Shown here in pieces: positions 1 through 9,035 of a stretch of 20,000 bases of DNA. This DNA is from Seison nebaliae (Eukaryota). The stretch is taken from positions 49,972 to 69,971 of the forward strand of contig JALJEE010002534.1 of the NCBI GenBank assembly GCA_023231475.1. Direction: 5' to 3'. Numbering within the stretch: position 1 is the first letter of the stretch; each line of letters starts with the position of its first letter. The translations under genes were made by a program, and so were the position numbers. The notes below the pieces were generated by a model. The model did no database searches. It saw only the letters and a list, made by a program, of their open reading frames with translations, and was not told the DNA's origin.

Positions 1-499
1 AACTTTCCAACAAATTCGAACTAAATTCGAAGCACCGGTATCAATCCTTTAATATCTGAACTTTCTTTTTTCAATCCTTTTCTTTAAAGTTTGATAAGTG
101 TCGAAAAACTCTTCTCAATTTTTTTCCTTTTCCATTTTACTACACAACTTATCAATCCGATTTATGGTGATACTTTTTTGTTTAATATTTCTGTCACTTG
201 CCAATTCTCTCAGTCACCTGCATTTTTTTCAATTATTCTTTTTACGTTCAATCAAAAATAAAGATGAAATCAAATTTCTTATTCTCTTCACAATTTTCCT
301 TACAAATTGACAAGTTAAAATCGTTTAAATAAGGAAAATCTAGGAAATTTAAGGTATTTTTAAGAATGGCTTTTCTAAAAGAGAACCGCAAGAAAAAAAA
401 AGATTTTTGTAAAAGGAAAATTTGAATGAAATTCTCCAAATGGAAAGCTGAAATTAATTGTTCCAATTGAAACTTATCAATCGACAAGTTCTGTTTGTC

Positions 500-3490
500 A
501 TGAGATTTTTCCACCGATTGGCCGTCGTACATCAACCGTCGAAAATAGAAAGTAAATGGATCGATCGATGGAGGAAAGCGAAATTGTTCAATTCGCCGAA
601 CAAGTTCAATGGCAGTCAAGTTCTCCTTTTTCCGCCTCCCAATGTCACTGGACGTTTACATTTGGGTCATTGTCTGACGGCGACGATTGAAGATTCGATA
701 ATTCGACAGTTTCCATTCCCCTCTTTCAATTTCACTTCCTTCCTTGCAGTCAACGGATGAAAAAAGGAAAAATGGAACATTTCGTTGCAGGATACGATCA
801 TGCAGGAATCGCTACTCAAGTGATGGTGGAGAAGGATGTGATGACGAAAATGAAATTAACTAAAGATGAATTGGGAGAGGAAACTTTTCGCTCCCAATTG
901 GACAAATGGAAAACGCAGAAGATTTCCGAAATCTCTTCCCAATTAGATAAATTTGCAACGAGTGTTTGTGAGAAGGACAAAAGATATTATACGATGGATC
1001 ATCACCATTCGGTGATTGTGAGGAATGCTTTCGTTCGATTATGGAATTCAAACCATATATATCGTCAAAAGAAAATGATCAACTGGTGTTCCACATTGCG
1101 CTCAGTCATCAGTGACAGTGAAGTTAAGATTTCTCTGAAAAAAAAATTGCACAAAAAATGTTGATATTTTTCTGCACAAAAATTGCACAAAAAATGTTGA
1201 TATTTTTCTGCATAAAAATTGTTCATATTTTTCTGCACAAAAATTGCACAAAAATTGTTGATATTTTTCTGCACAAAAATTGCACGAAAAATGTTGATAT
1301 TTTTCTGCAGAAAAATTGCACAAACAATATTGATATTTTTCTGCACAAAGATTACATAAAAAATAATAAAGTTTTTGTGCATAAAAATGGGAAAAAAATT
1401 TGAAAGTTTTTCTCCAAAAAAATGTTGAAATAAAATATAAAATTTTTTGTTTAGATCGATAATGTGGAATTGAAAGGGAAAACTCAAATAAATGTACCGG
1501 GTTATCGTCGACCGATCGATTTCGGTCAAATGTATTATATCAATTATCGATTAGTCGGTTTCCAATTGTCTTTTCATCCAATTCTCAGTTTTACCATTTT
1601 CGCATCTGATTAATAGATGGAAATGGTGTGGAGATACCGGTAGCGACAACACGACCAGAAACCATTTTAGGAGATGTTGCATTAACCGTGCATCCGAAGG
1701 GTAAATATGCAAAATTTATCGGGCAGTTCGTCAGTCATCCCTTACGGGACGAATACCATCTGCCGATATTGGCGAATGAGAATGTAGACATAGAGATTGG
1801 AAGTGGAGTCTGTAAAATAACTCCTGGTCATGACAAGAGTGATTACGAGTATTATTTGAAGGAGAAGAGTCTGACTGAGATTATCGAGATTTTAGATAAT
1901 GAAGGAAATGTGACGTTGGATGATGAGAATCGTTTCCAAATCCGTCAGAAGAAACGTTACGATGTTCGCGATGAAATAATCGATCGATTAACGATATCAT
2001 GTAAATTGACACGAATCGAATCACATTCGATGATTCTTCCGATTTGTAGTCGATCGAAGGACGTAATTGAACCGAGATTGACATATCAATATTTCCTGCG
2101 ATGTGGTGATGTTAAATGGAAATTGTTAGAGGAATTGGAACATCTTCGTATTGAACCTGATTATTCGAAGAGGTTAATGAGAAATTGGTTAGAGAAAATG
2201 AATGATTGGTGTATCTCACGACAGTTGTGGTGGGGACATCGAATTCCGATAATTCGATTAGAATTTGAAAATAAAATCAAATTTATTTGTGAAGCGAATG
2301 AATTGGAGACAAATCGAATTATCGACGAAATGAAACGAGAACATCCGCATATGAAAATTATAAAAGAGAACGATGTTTTAGATACCTGGTTTTCGAGTGC
2401 ATTAATTCCGTTGGCTATTCAAAATTGGTCACTTCCTCAACAATCACGACCGTTACAGACATTACCATTATTGGAAAGTGGTTATGATATCATTTTCTTT
2501 TGGGCCATTCGAATGATGGTTCTCTCACAATTATTGGAGAATCATCGTCCTTTTCATCATTATTTATTCCACGGATTGATCTGTGACGAGAATGGCGAGA
2601 AAATGAGTAAATCGAAAGGAAATGTCATCGATCCGATAAAGTTGATGGAAAAGGGTGGAAAGAATAATATCGGAATCGATACCATCCGATTGGCACTTGC
2701 TTCCATTCAATACAAATCGCAAATTTGTAAATTCCATTTATCGATAATTGATCAATCGAAATTATTCTTGAATAAATTGTGGAATAGTTTCAATTTCGTT
2801 CGAATTATCTCCGAGAAAAATTCTGATCCGATTCGGCAATTCGATGAAATCAAATCCGATTCCTTTCATATCTCTCCCGTCGATTTTTGGATGTTGGGAG
2901 AATTGAATGAATTAATCGAAACCGTTGAACAGGATTGGAATCATCATTCACTCCCCTCCATCGTCAATTCCATACGAAGTTTTCATATCAAAATTTTTTG
3001 TGACATTTATCTCTCATATATTCGAGATCGTTTAAATCGATCTACGAATGTCGACGAATCGAAATTCATCATTTCCATCCTTCATCATATCATCACCATC
3101 ATCGTCCGATTACTTCATCCGATAGTTCCATGTATGACGGAAGAAATCCATGAACAATTGGGAAATGAGAATTTTCTCATACTCTCATCATATCCCACTC
3201 CATTCTCGTTGGAACATGAAACTTTCAATTTCCATCAACTACGACGAGAAATGACTGATATTGTTCATCAATTGTCGTCCCTTCGTCTCCAACTACAGAA
3301 GAAACAGATCAAAATGAAGAGTATTCAAGAGATTGAACTCAATTCACGTCAATTCCAATCGAGACGGTTTATGAAAAACGAAATTCTTCAAATTTTTCTT
3401 TCTTCTCAATTCGGATCGAAATTTCATTTCAATCTCATTGACGACTCATTTCAAAATCCAAACATAATTTTAAATATTAAATTAAAATAA
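500..3490 (+). CDS. VARS2: Valyl-tRNA synthetase (class Ia), probably mitochondrial VARS2-type; 4 exons 500-708, 750-1122, 1455-1557, 1617-3490; 852 aa
   Basis: Motifs in order: PPPNVTGRLHLGH (HIGH), GYDHAGIATQ, INWC..LRSVISD.E, ATTRPETILGD, KITPGHD, DWCISRQLWWGHRIP, DVLDTWFSS, GYDIIFFWAIRM, KMSKSKGNVIDP, FLNKLWN, LLHPIVPCMTEEI. Three GT-AG introns restore frame and give sensible junction peptides (IIRH-QRM; ISDSE-IDNVELKG; YRLV-DGNGVEIPV). Exon 3 is missing from the ORF track. Mitochondrial assignment is an inference from the short basic N-terminus (MRFFHRL) and lack of an N-terminal extension. Confidence 0.95.
709..749 (+). other. ValRS intron 1 (41 nt, GT-AG)
   Basis: GTTTCC...pyrimidine-rich...TTGCAG; removal joins the ORF 458-760 frame to the ORF 757-1164 frame (CA|T = His). 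Confidence 0.9.
1123..1454 (+). other. ValRS intron 2 (332 nt, GT-AG), mostly tandem repeat
   Basis: GTTAAG...TTTGTTTAG, phase 0; the flanks read ISDSE|IDNVELKGKTQINVPGY, matching eukaryotic ValRS ISDIEV...GxT...VPGY. Confidence 0.9.
1131..1430. repeat. Minisatellite, ~36-bp unit (TTCTGCACAAAAATTGCACAAAAAATGTTGATATTT), about 8 copies decaying towards the 3' end
   Basis: Head-to-tail units without spacers, read directly; one shortened 25-nt unit near 1206-1230; internal 11-bp subunit TGCACAAAAAT. Confidence 0.92.
1558..1616 (+). other. ValRS intron 3 (59 nt, GT-AG)
   Basis: GTTTCC...TAATAG, phase 1 (G|AT = Asp); joins exon 3 to the 1628-3490 frame. Confidence 0.85.
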
Positions 3491-3819
3491 AATTCAAATT
3501 TCGATTATCATCAATTTGATATTAAATATTTAATTTTAATTCATAAAATCACATTTTTTAATTTACCATCATCAATTTCCATTAAGATATTTTCAAATTA
3601 ATTCCGATTAATATGAAAATATTTTTCTCATTGAGAAGATATCGATAATTTGATGATTAATTATCAGGATTGATCAATTTGTTGAAATTGAATTGAGTAA
3701 AAATTTCAGAGAAATCTTTCTGTGTAAAATAATTAGAAGTTTTTTGCTTTTCACTTTTCTACTTTCGAGATCAAATTCTCATTTCTTTTTCTTTTACGTT
3801 GTTTCTTTGACTAATATTT

Positions 3820-5316
3820 ATGTTGCCGGAAAATTATCCGAAATTGTTATTTGCACTACGTCGAGCTGAAGTAAACAAATTGTATGAAGGCGATGTTGGA
3901 ATTCAAGGTTTTTTTAACGCCATTCATCTCGGCGTTTGTATGACGAATGCGGTTTTTGCGGTCATTGTGTCTTCGACTAAATTGTCCGCCAAATTGGAAA
4001 CCTGCACCGCAAACAAAGAGTACGACGAAGAACATCTGAAGAAAATTCGACATTGTCCAACTTTCATCGATCCGGCAGTGCACAATAAAGTCTCTCATGG
4101 TCAAGTGCTCTGCAAAGGATTGTTACAATCGATAAAAAATGAAAAATATGATTCGCCTTGTGGATTGGCCGCCGATTATTTCCTGACGAAAAGTTACAAC
4201 CATAAAACATTGGAGAATGAACCGATCGCATATGCGTGTGCGGTTCGACGGTGCAAAGATGAATACACGTCTGAAACATCGAGATTGACATCGGTTATCA
4301 GCGATTTATTCGAGGAGAAATTCGAAATCGTCGTCAAAGTAGATGTCGATGATAACGCGAAAATAATAGCGACATGGTCGAAAAATCTGAAGATGTTAGA
4401 TTTGGAATACAATTTATTCTTGTTGATGATGGTGGGATTGGTGGAGCCGTTCGGTCGAAGACACTTATCATCAGATTTATTGAATAAAATGGAGGATGTG
4501 AATTTGGAAATTATCAATCGACAATTCATGAGATTCGATGTAAATGATCCGGAAATTATCAGTGCCAGTTTTATAGACTTCATGTTCGATTTCCATCTGA
4601 GAACTTTCGAAGAAACGATCAATTTGATTATGCCCAAAATAATGAATAATGAAGAAACAGAACTGGCAGATCTACAACGTTTGAATATAATTTATACGTT
4701 GAAAGCAGTAAAACTACCCGACGTCATGAACGACGAGACTCTCACTTTCCAATTTAAATTTGGGGGTTTAGATCACAAGAGATATACGTTGAGGTCGATG
4801 ATCTTTGTCCAATTTTCTGAAGATAGTTTCCCATTGGGCAATATCGGTTTGCCACTGCCTACTCCCGAGGAATGGACTATAAAGCAAATTCAATTCCATC
4901 AATGTTCTATTGAATATTTGAAGTTGACTGAGACAGCGTTTGGTGACAGAGGGGCCGATTACTTAGCCTATTATAAACGTTTTCCCGACGCATTTAGAGA
5001 TGTCTCTTATTTAGTTTGTATGAAGATGATTACCGATGTGAATAGACTATTTCCTGCCGAACATCAAGCACACGCTCTCGCTCTCATACGCGATCCGAGA
5101 GATGAATGGATATTGATGAATGATGCCTTACCATACAAAATACGGGACATTAACAATTTTGTTAAATATTTCCGCGAAGAGAGAATTGTTCGAATTCTTC
5201 TCGAATCTATTCCAGACGGAAAAGTTGATGAACCTACTGCCATCACTACTACCACCACGACGACGACTACTACTACTACTACTACTGGTGATGATACAGT
5301 TTCCACTAGTTTCTAA
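3820..5316 (+). CDS. 498-aa intronless protein; candidate highly divergent USP/peptidase C19-fold cysteine protease with a C-terminal poly-Thr tail
   Basis: A long uninterrupted ORF from an ATG with an in-frame stop upstream, and AATAAA at 5420-5425. N-terminal GFFNAIHLGVCMTNAVFAVI resembles the USP Cys box; C-terminal SYLVCM...HALALIRDPRDEWILMNDALPYKI resembles the His box/WxxxND motif. Coding status is secure; the family call is tentative. Confidence 0.8.
   Translation: MLPENYPKLLFALRRAEVNKLYEGDVGIQGFFNAIHLGVCMTNAVFAVIVSSTKLSAKLETCTANKEYDEEHLKKIRHCPTFIDPAVHNKVSHGQVLCKGLLQSIKNEKYDSPCGLAADYFLTKSYNHKTLENEPIAYACAVRRCKDEYTSETSRLTSVISDLFEEKFEIVVKVDVDDNAKIIATWSKNLKMLDLEYNLFLLMMVGLVEPFGRRHLSSDLLNKMEDVNLEIINRQFMRFDVNDPEIISASFIDFMFDFHLRTFEETINLIMPKIMNNEETELADLQRLNIIYTLKAVKLPDVMNDETLTFQFKFGGLDHKRYTLRSMIFVQFSEDSFPLGNIGLPLPTPEEWTIKQIQFHQCSIEYLKLTETAFGDRGADYLAYYKRFPDAFRDVSYLVCMKMITDVNRLFPAEHQAHALALIRDPRDEWILMNDALPYKIRDINNFVKYFREERIVRILLESIPDGKVDEPTAITTTTTTTTTTTTTTGDDTVSTSF
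5245..5286 (+). repeat. Coding trinucleotide repeat (ACT/ACC/ACG)14 = poly-Thr
   Basis: Read directly; mixed synonymous Thr codons. Confidence 0.95.
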
Positions 5317-6421
5317 TCGACAACAAGTTGAAATGTAACAATTAAATGGAAGGGAAGTAAATAGTAAGTTTTGTAAAATATTATTTTTGTAAAGTAAATT
5401 TAAATTAATTAAGTATCTTAATAAATCTCTCTCAATTTAGTTTAACATTGAAATATTGAACAAAAAAATCTCTCAATCTTGATTCAATTAAATAAAATTA
5501 ACAATTAGAAGAGTTGAAGGAAAATAATTTCATTCAATTTGAATTGGATAAAAATGAATTGGTATTATGAAAGTACGCATTTTTTTAAACCTATAAAACT
5601 ATTTTAAAGAAATTTACATATTAGAAAAATGATTTAGGGCTAATAAAAAGAAGCTTACTACAAAATGTCTCATCTTGTCCTCACACGACGATATGTAATA
5701 CATACCGTATCTTGCTCCACATCAGACAAAGTCACTGAAAAGGACATTGTCGGATAACAAATTATCAGTTGGATGACGACTAGTATGTATCATAAAATGT
5801 TCATTTCCTTCAAACTTGTTAAAATTGTAAAGTTTTTTTTAAATTATAAAAATTTATTTGAAATGAGAAATTTAAAAGAGACTTAACATAGGAATAATGG
5901 AAAGCGAGAAATGAGAGAGTAAAGAAAAGAATAGTCATAAATTGAAAAATTCTGAGGATTTATAAGCAATTGTCGAATTATTTTGTTGATGATGATCTTT
6001 ATGGTATTCCTAATGGAATTCCAGAATCATCGATCATTCCTAGGGGTTCTAGAATGTAGCGCGTGAACCATTCCCCCACAACTACAATTCGTCTAAACGT
6101 TTCCGGTTTTTTTAAGTCTATCTAGTTGCCAATGGTGGTCGGTTTGGCGACCTATGAGTAAAAAGTTTGTAATCTGATTAAGACCCTGGTAATTGTTTGT
6201 TAGAATTGCTCATCGTACAGTCTGTGCCATTGGACAAATGGTTTCCTTTATAAATATTCCAATTTGTTTATGAGGAACGACAATTTTCCAGATGATTATC
6301 TGGGAATGTTGCCGTTCCATATCATATCCAAGAACAGCGCCCTGGTTTATGTGTTATCTTCTTCAAGATGTCACCCATTCGTTATTGGTGAAACTGTCTG
6401 GAAGTATTTAATTTCCATCGA

Positions 6422-6559
6422 GAACGATCGTTGAGGAGATTCTCTCATGATCGATCAATCCCCATTTTGTCCTCAATCGATTTGAGCGAACGATGAGGAA
6501 GATTCCTTCCAAATTTCTTCATTTTCCCGATCATGAGATGAATCTCCTCATCGATGTTC
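6422..6559. repeat. Imperfect 32-nt inverted repeat (arms 6422-6453 and 6528-6559)
   Basis: Left arm GAACGATCGTTGAGGAGATTC-TCTCATGATCG versus reverse complement of right arm GAAC-ATCGATGAGGAGATTCATCTCATGATCG: one mismatch and two 1-nt indels. Confidence 0.8.
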
Positions 6560-6962
6560 CAATGAACTATAGGAGGAGGACCGGACTCGCTCCACTTCCA
6601 TCGACATAGTCCGATTCCATCTTTTTTCCAGATTTTCCCGATTTTTTTCGAATACTGTTTCCTTTTCCCGATAATAAACATATTCAGTTGATGTAATCGA
6701 TTGATTATGTCCTCCAATGAATCCATTCCCCTTCTCCAGAATCATTTTTTTTTTAGTTTCCGTCTTTCCGATTCTAAATTAAAGTAAAATTCAAAAAATA
6801 GTCAAATGAAAAAAATAGAAAGACAAAAAAACTTTATTTAAAACTTTTCATAATTCTCGAAATTAAAATATAATGAATTTGAATAAATGAATTTCGCTCA
6901 ATTTATATCAATGAACGTACAAACTTGACTTGTATTAAGCGCGTCGTTCTAATCCATTTGAC

Positions 6963-7119
6963 ATGACGTGTCCATTTGTCGTAAATTCTTAAAGGAAACA
7001 TGAAAAGGATGACGTGTTAACATGACGTGTGTGAATTTAATTGGAGAATATCGAATATAAAATTTTTGAAATTCGTACAAAATGAAAAAAATACCGTACA
7101 AGATCATCTATTGACGTGT
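6963..7119 (+). promoter_or_regulatory. Cluster of four TGACGTGT motifs (CREB3/CrebA/XBP1/ATF6-like bZIP sites)
   Basis: TGACGTGT at 6964, 7010, 7023 and 7112 (first three are ATGACGTGT), all in the same orientation in AT-rich intergenic DNA. The repeats are seen directly; the function is inferred. Confidence 0.55.
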
Positions 7120-7511
7120 AATAGAGATGGAAGAAATTTCAATCCAGAAATTTCTGAAATTAATTTTTTTTTAAATTTTCAGAATATTTTTCGATTTTTT
7201 TCTATCGATTTTTTCTTCCATCTTCTCGTTGGAACAATTGTGAAATGATTCCAAAAGAAATTTTCAATCAACTATTCTAACGAACAATATTGTTGTTTAT
7301 TTTTGTTCCGCATCTTATCCGATCGAACAACAAATATCAAATTGAGAAGACAAAAAAATTGGATGGACGTGATTTGAAAAGGTGAAAGCGGGCAGCAAAT
7401 CATCAATTAATTCCCCAAAATTGCAGAACAAGTAGTTGATGGAGTGAAATGGAACGTTTCAATCGTTCGATAACTTTAATTGTGATTGAATGTACCGCAT
7501 GAAATTTGACC

Positions 7512-7518
7512 TATAAAA
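7512..7518 (+). promoter_or_regulatory. TATA box of the secreted Gly/Ala-rich protein gene
   Basis: CTATAAAA 92 nt upstream of the ATG at 7604, with an Inr-like TCAATT about 32 nt downstream. Confidence 0.6.
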
Positions 7519-7603
7519 ATGAAGAGAATTTTTTTAGAATTTATCAATTCAATTTTCCTATCAATCTCTCAATTTAACACCAATTCAAATCATTTACAAA
7601 AAT

Positions 7604-8148
7604 ATGAACACTTTAAAGTTTTTAATTATTCTCTTCTGCATCTGTGTCTCCCAATATGAGGGTTAGAAATTTGAATTTCATTTTTTAATTCTCATACATT
7701 TTCAGCATTCTTCTGGGGAGGACGAGGACGAGGAGGCGCTGGCGCCGGAGCAAAAGCCAATGCAGCTGCCAAAGTCGATGCTCAAGCAGCAGCCAAAGCT
7801 CAAGCAGCAGCCAAAGCACAAGTAGCAGGACAGGCACAAGCTAAAGGATCAGCTGGGGCTGGAGTCGGTGGTAAAGTTGGTGGAGGGTTCTCATTGGGAG
7901 GAGGAATCGGTTTGAATCCGTTCTCCGGTTTAACTGCTGGTGTCACCGGTTCAGGAAACGCATACGCTCAAGGAAATGCTCATGCAAATGCACAACTTAG
8001 TGGATCAGCAGCCGCCCAAGGAACTGCAGCCGCTCAAGGAAGTGCACAAGCTGTCGGTAGCGGTTCAGCACAAGGAAACGCCGGTGCTAGTGCTGGTGCT
8101 CACGGATATGGTCAAGGACAAGGCTTCGGAGGTTTCGGTCGACGATAA
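7604..8148 (+). CDS. Secreted Gly/Ala/Gln-rich low-complexity protein, 166 aa; exons 7604-7661 and 7706-8148
   Basis: Exon 1 encodes a signal-peptide-like MNTLKFLIILFCICVSQYE; a 44-nt intron (GTTAGA...TTTTCAG, phase 1, G|CA = Ala) joins it in frame to FFWGGRGRGGAGAGAKANAAAKVDAQAAAKAQAAAK...GQGQGFGGFGRR*. GC rises sharply across exon 2; TATA upstream and AATAAA at 8272-8277. The ORF track shows only the last 84 aa. Confidence 0.9.
7662..7705 (+). other. Intron (44 nt, GT-AG) of the secreted protein gene
   Basis: Removes an in-frame TAG and restores the reading frame; T-rich, ends TTTTCAG. Confidence 0.88.
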
Positions 8149-8674
8149 GGAGAGAATGTGAAATTAATTACTTTATAGTTGAAGAAATTCTTATTTGATT
8201 TTCTGATAGTATGATTTAGAATGAGCATATTCTATTCTATGTATTTTCAATGTATCCTCTTCGAAGAGAATAATAAAATTTATTTTATTTTCCCCAATTT
8301 TTTTCCGCCAATTTACTTCTTTTATTCTTCTCCAAATGATATTCTTTAGAATCTAACAATCTTCATTTATGAATTCAAATGAAATTTCACTTAGAACTCT
8401 TCAAATTTACATTTCTTCTTCTACACTGTAGACTAATTGACGATAGACAATATCAGTCAAGAAATTTGAAAATTAGAAATCGTTATAATTGGATGGAGAA
8501 TGTTCCTAAATGTAATTATAGTTGTAATTATAAATCATTATAGAAATAATATTAAGAAATCACGTCAAATGCTGATATTTATGTCGGTGACACGATTATA
8601 GAGGTGGTTTTTCACTGGGTGAAAGGCCTCGGGTTCAATATAATTCAATTGCCGTAAAAAACGAATGTCATAGG

Positions 8675-8707
8675 AAAATGCACATAAAATGCACATAGAA
8701 TGCACGA
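8675..8707. repeat. Three tandem 11-bp units (AAAATGCACAT)
   Basis: AAAATGCACAT AAAATGCACAT AGAATGCACGA read directly. Confidence 0.75.
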
Positions 8708-9035
8708 CTTTTTAAATCTAAACAAATTGAGTATGAAGGAACGCCAATCACAGAACTGATGGAAAACATTCATTATTTGAATTGTTTTTCCTTTTCTGTT
8801 ATGGTGCACAAAAATTGATTTGTGCACCTAAAGTTATTTTCTTATAAAATCATCAATTTTCTCACAGAATGCTTGTGGAGATGTTCATAATGGATATTTA
8901 TTTGCATAATCAATAATAACGAATGGACACAAGAAGAACGAGAAAATGTATTGGAGAGGAGATGATTGATTGAGTAGGAGGGAAGTGATCGGCACCGGAA
9001 GAGCATTTGTGGAAAAAGTTTATCCTTTCCTCCAA

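Noticed and set aside
1..230. Minus-strand IDTGAS resembling a retropepsin active site
   Set aside because: Preceded by in-frame stops, cut by the window edge, and a 4-6-residue match can arise by chance.
1131..1430. ~36-bp repeats as a CRISPR array
   Set aside because: Units are head-to-tail with no unique spacers, lie within a spliceosomal intron, and there are no cas genes.
1065..1529. ORFs 1065-1529(-), 1102-1323(-) and 1158-1403(+) with periodic peptides
   Set aside because: Artefacts of the 36-bp (12-codon) intronic minisatellite.
458..1628. Split ValRS ORFs as a frameshifted pseudogene or programmed frameshift
   Set aside because: Fully explained by three GT-AG introns of the right phase.
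3663..3870. Hydrophobic upstream frame as a signal-peptide exon for the USP-like ORF
   Set aside because: No ATG in that frame and no convincing donor/acceptor pair linking it.
4194..5338. Antisense and alternate-frame ORFs within the 498-aa gene, and likewise within GALNT and DUF229
   Set aside because: Shadow ORFs with no recognisable motifs; the poly-Val ORF mirrors the poly-Thr repeat.
5950..6750. Stop-codon reassignment to explain the broken frames
   Set aside because: The five clear genes have no internal stops and end in TAA/TAG, with conserved Trp read as TGG; all three stop types interrupt this segment.
8590..8645. tRNA-like fragment (TGGTTTTTCAC...GGCCTCGGGTTCAAT, B-box-like)
   Set aside because: No acceptor stem or T-stem partner and no cloverleaf; at most an unprovable tRNA/SINE remnant.
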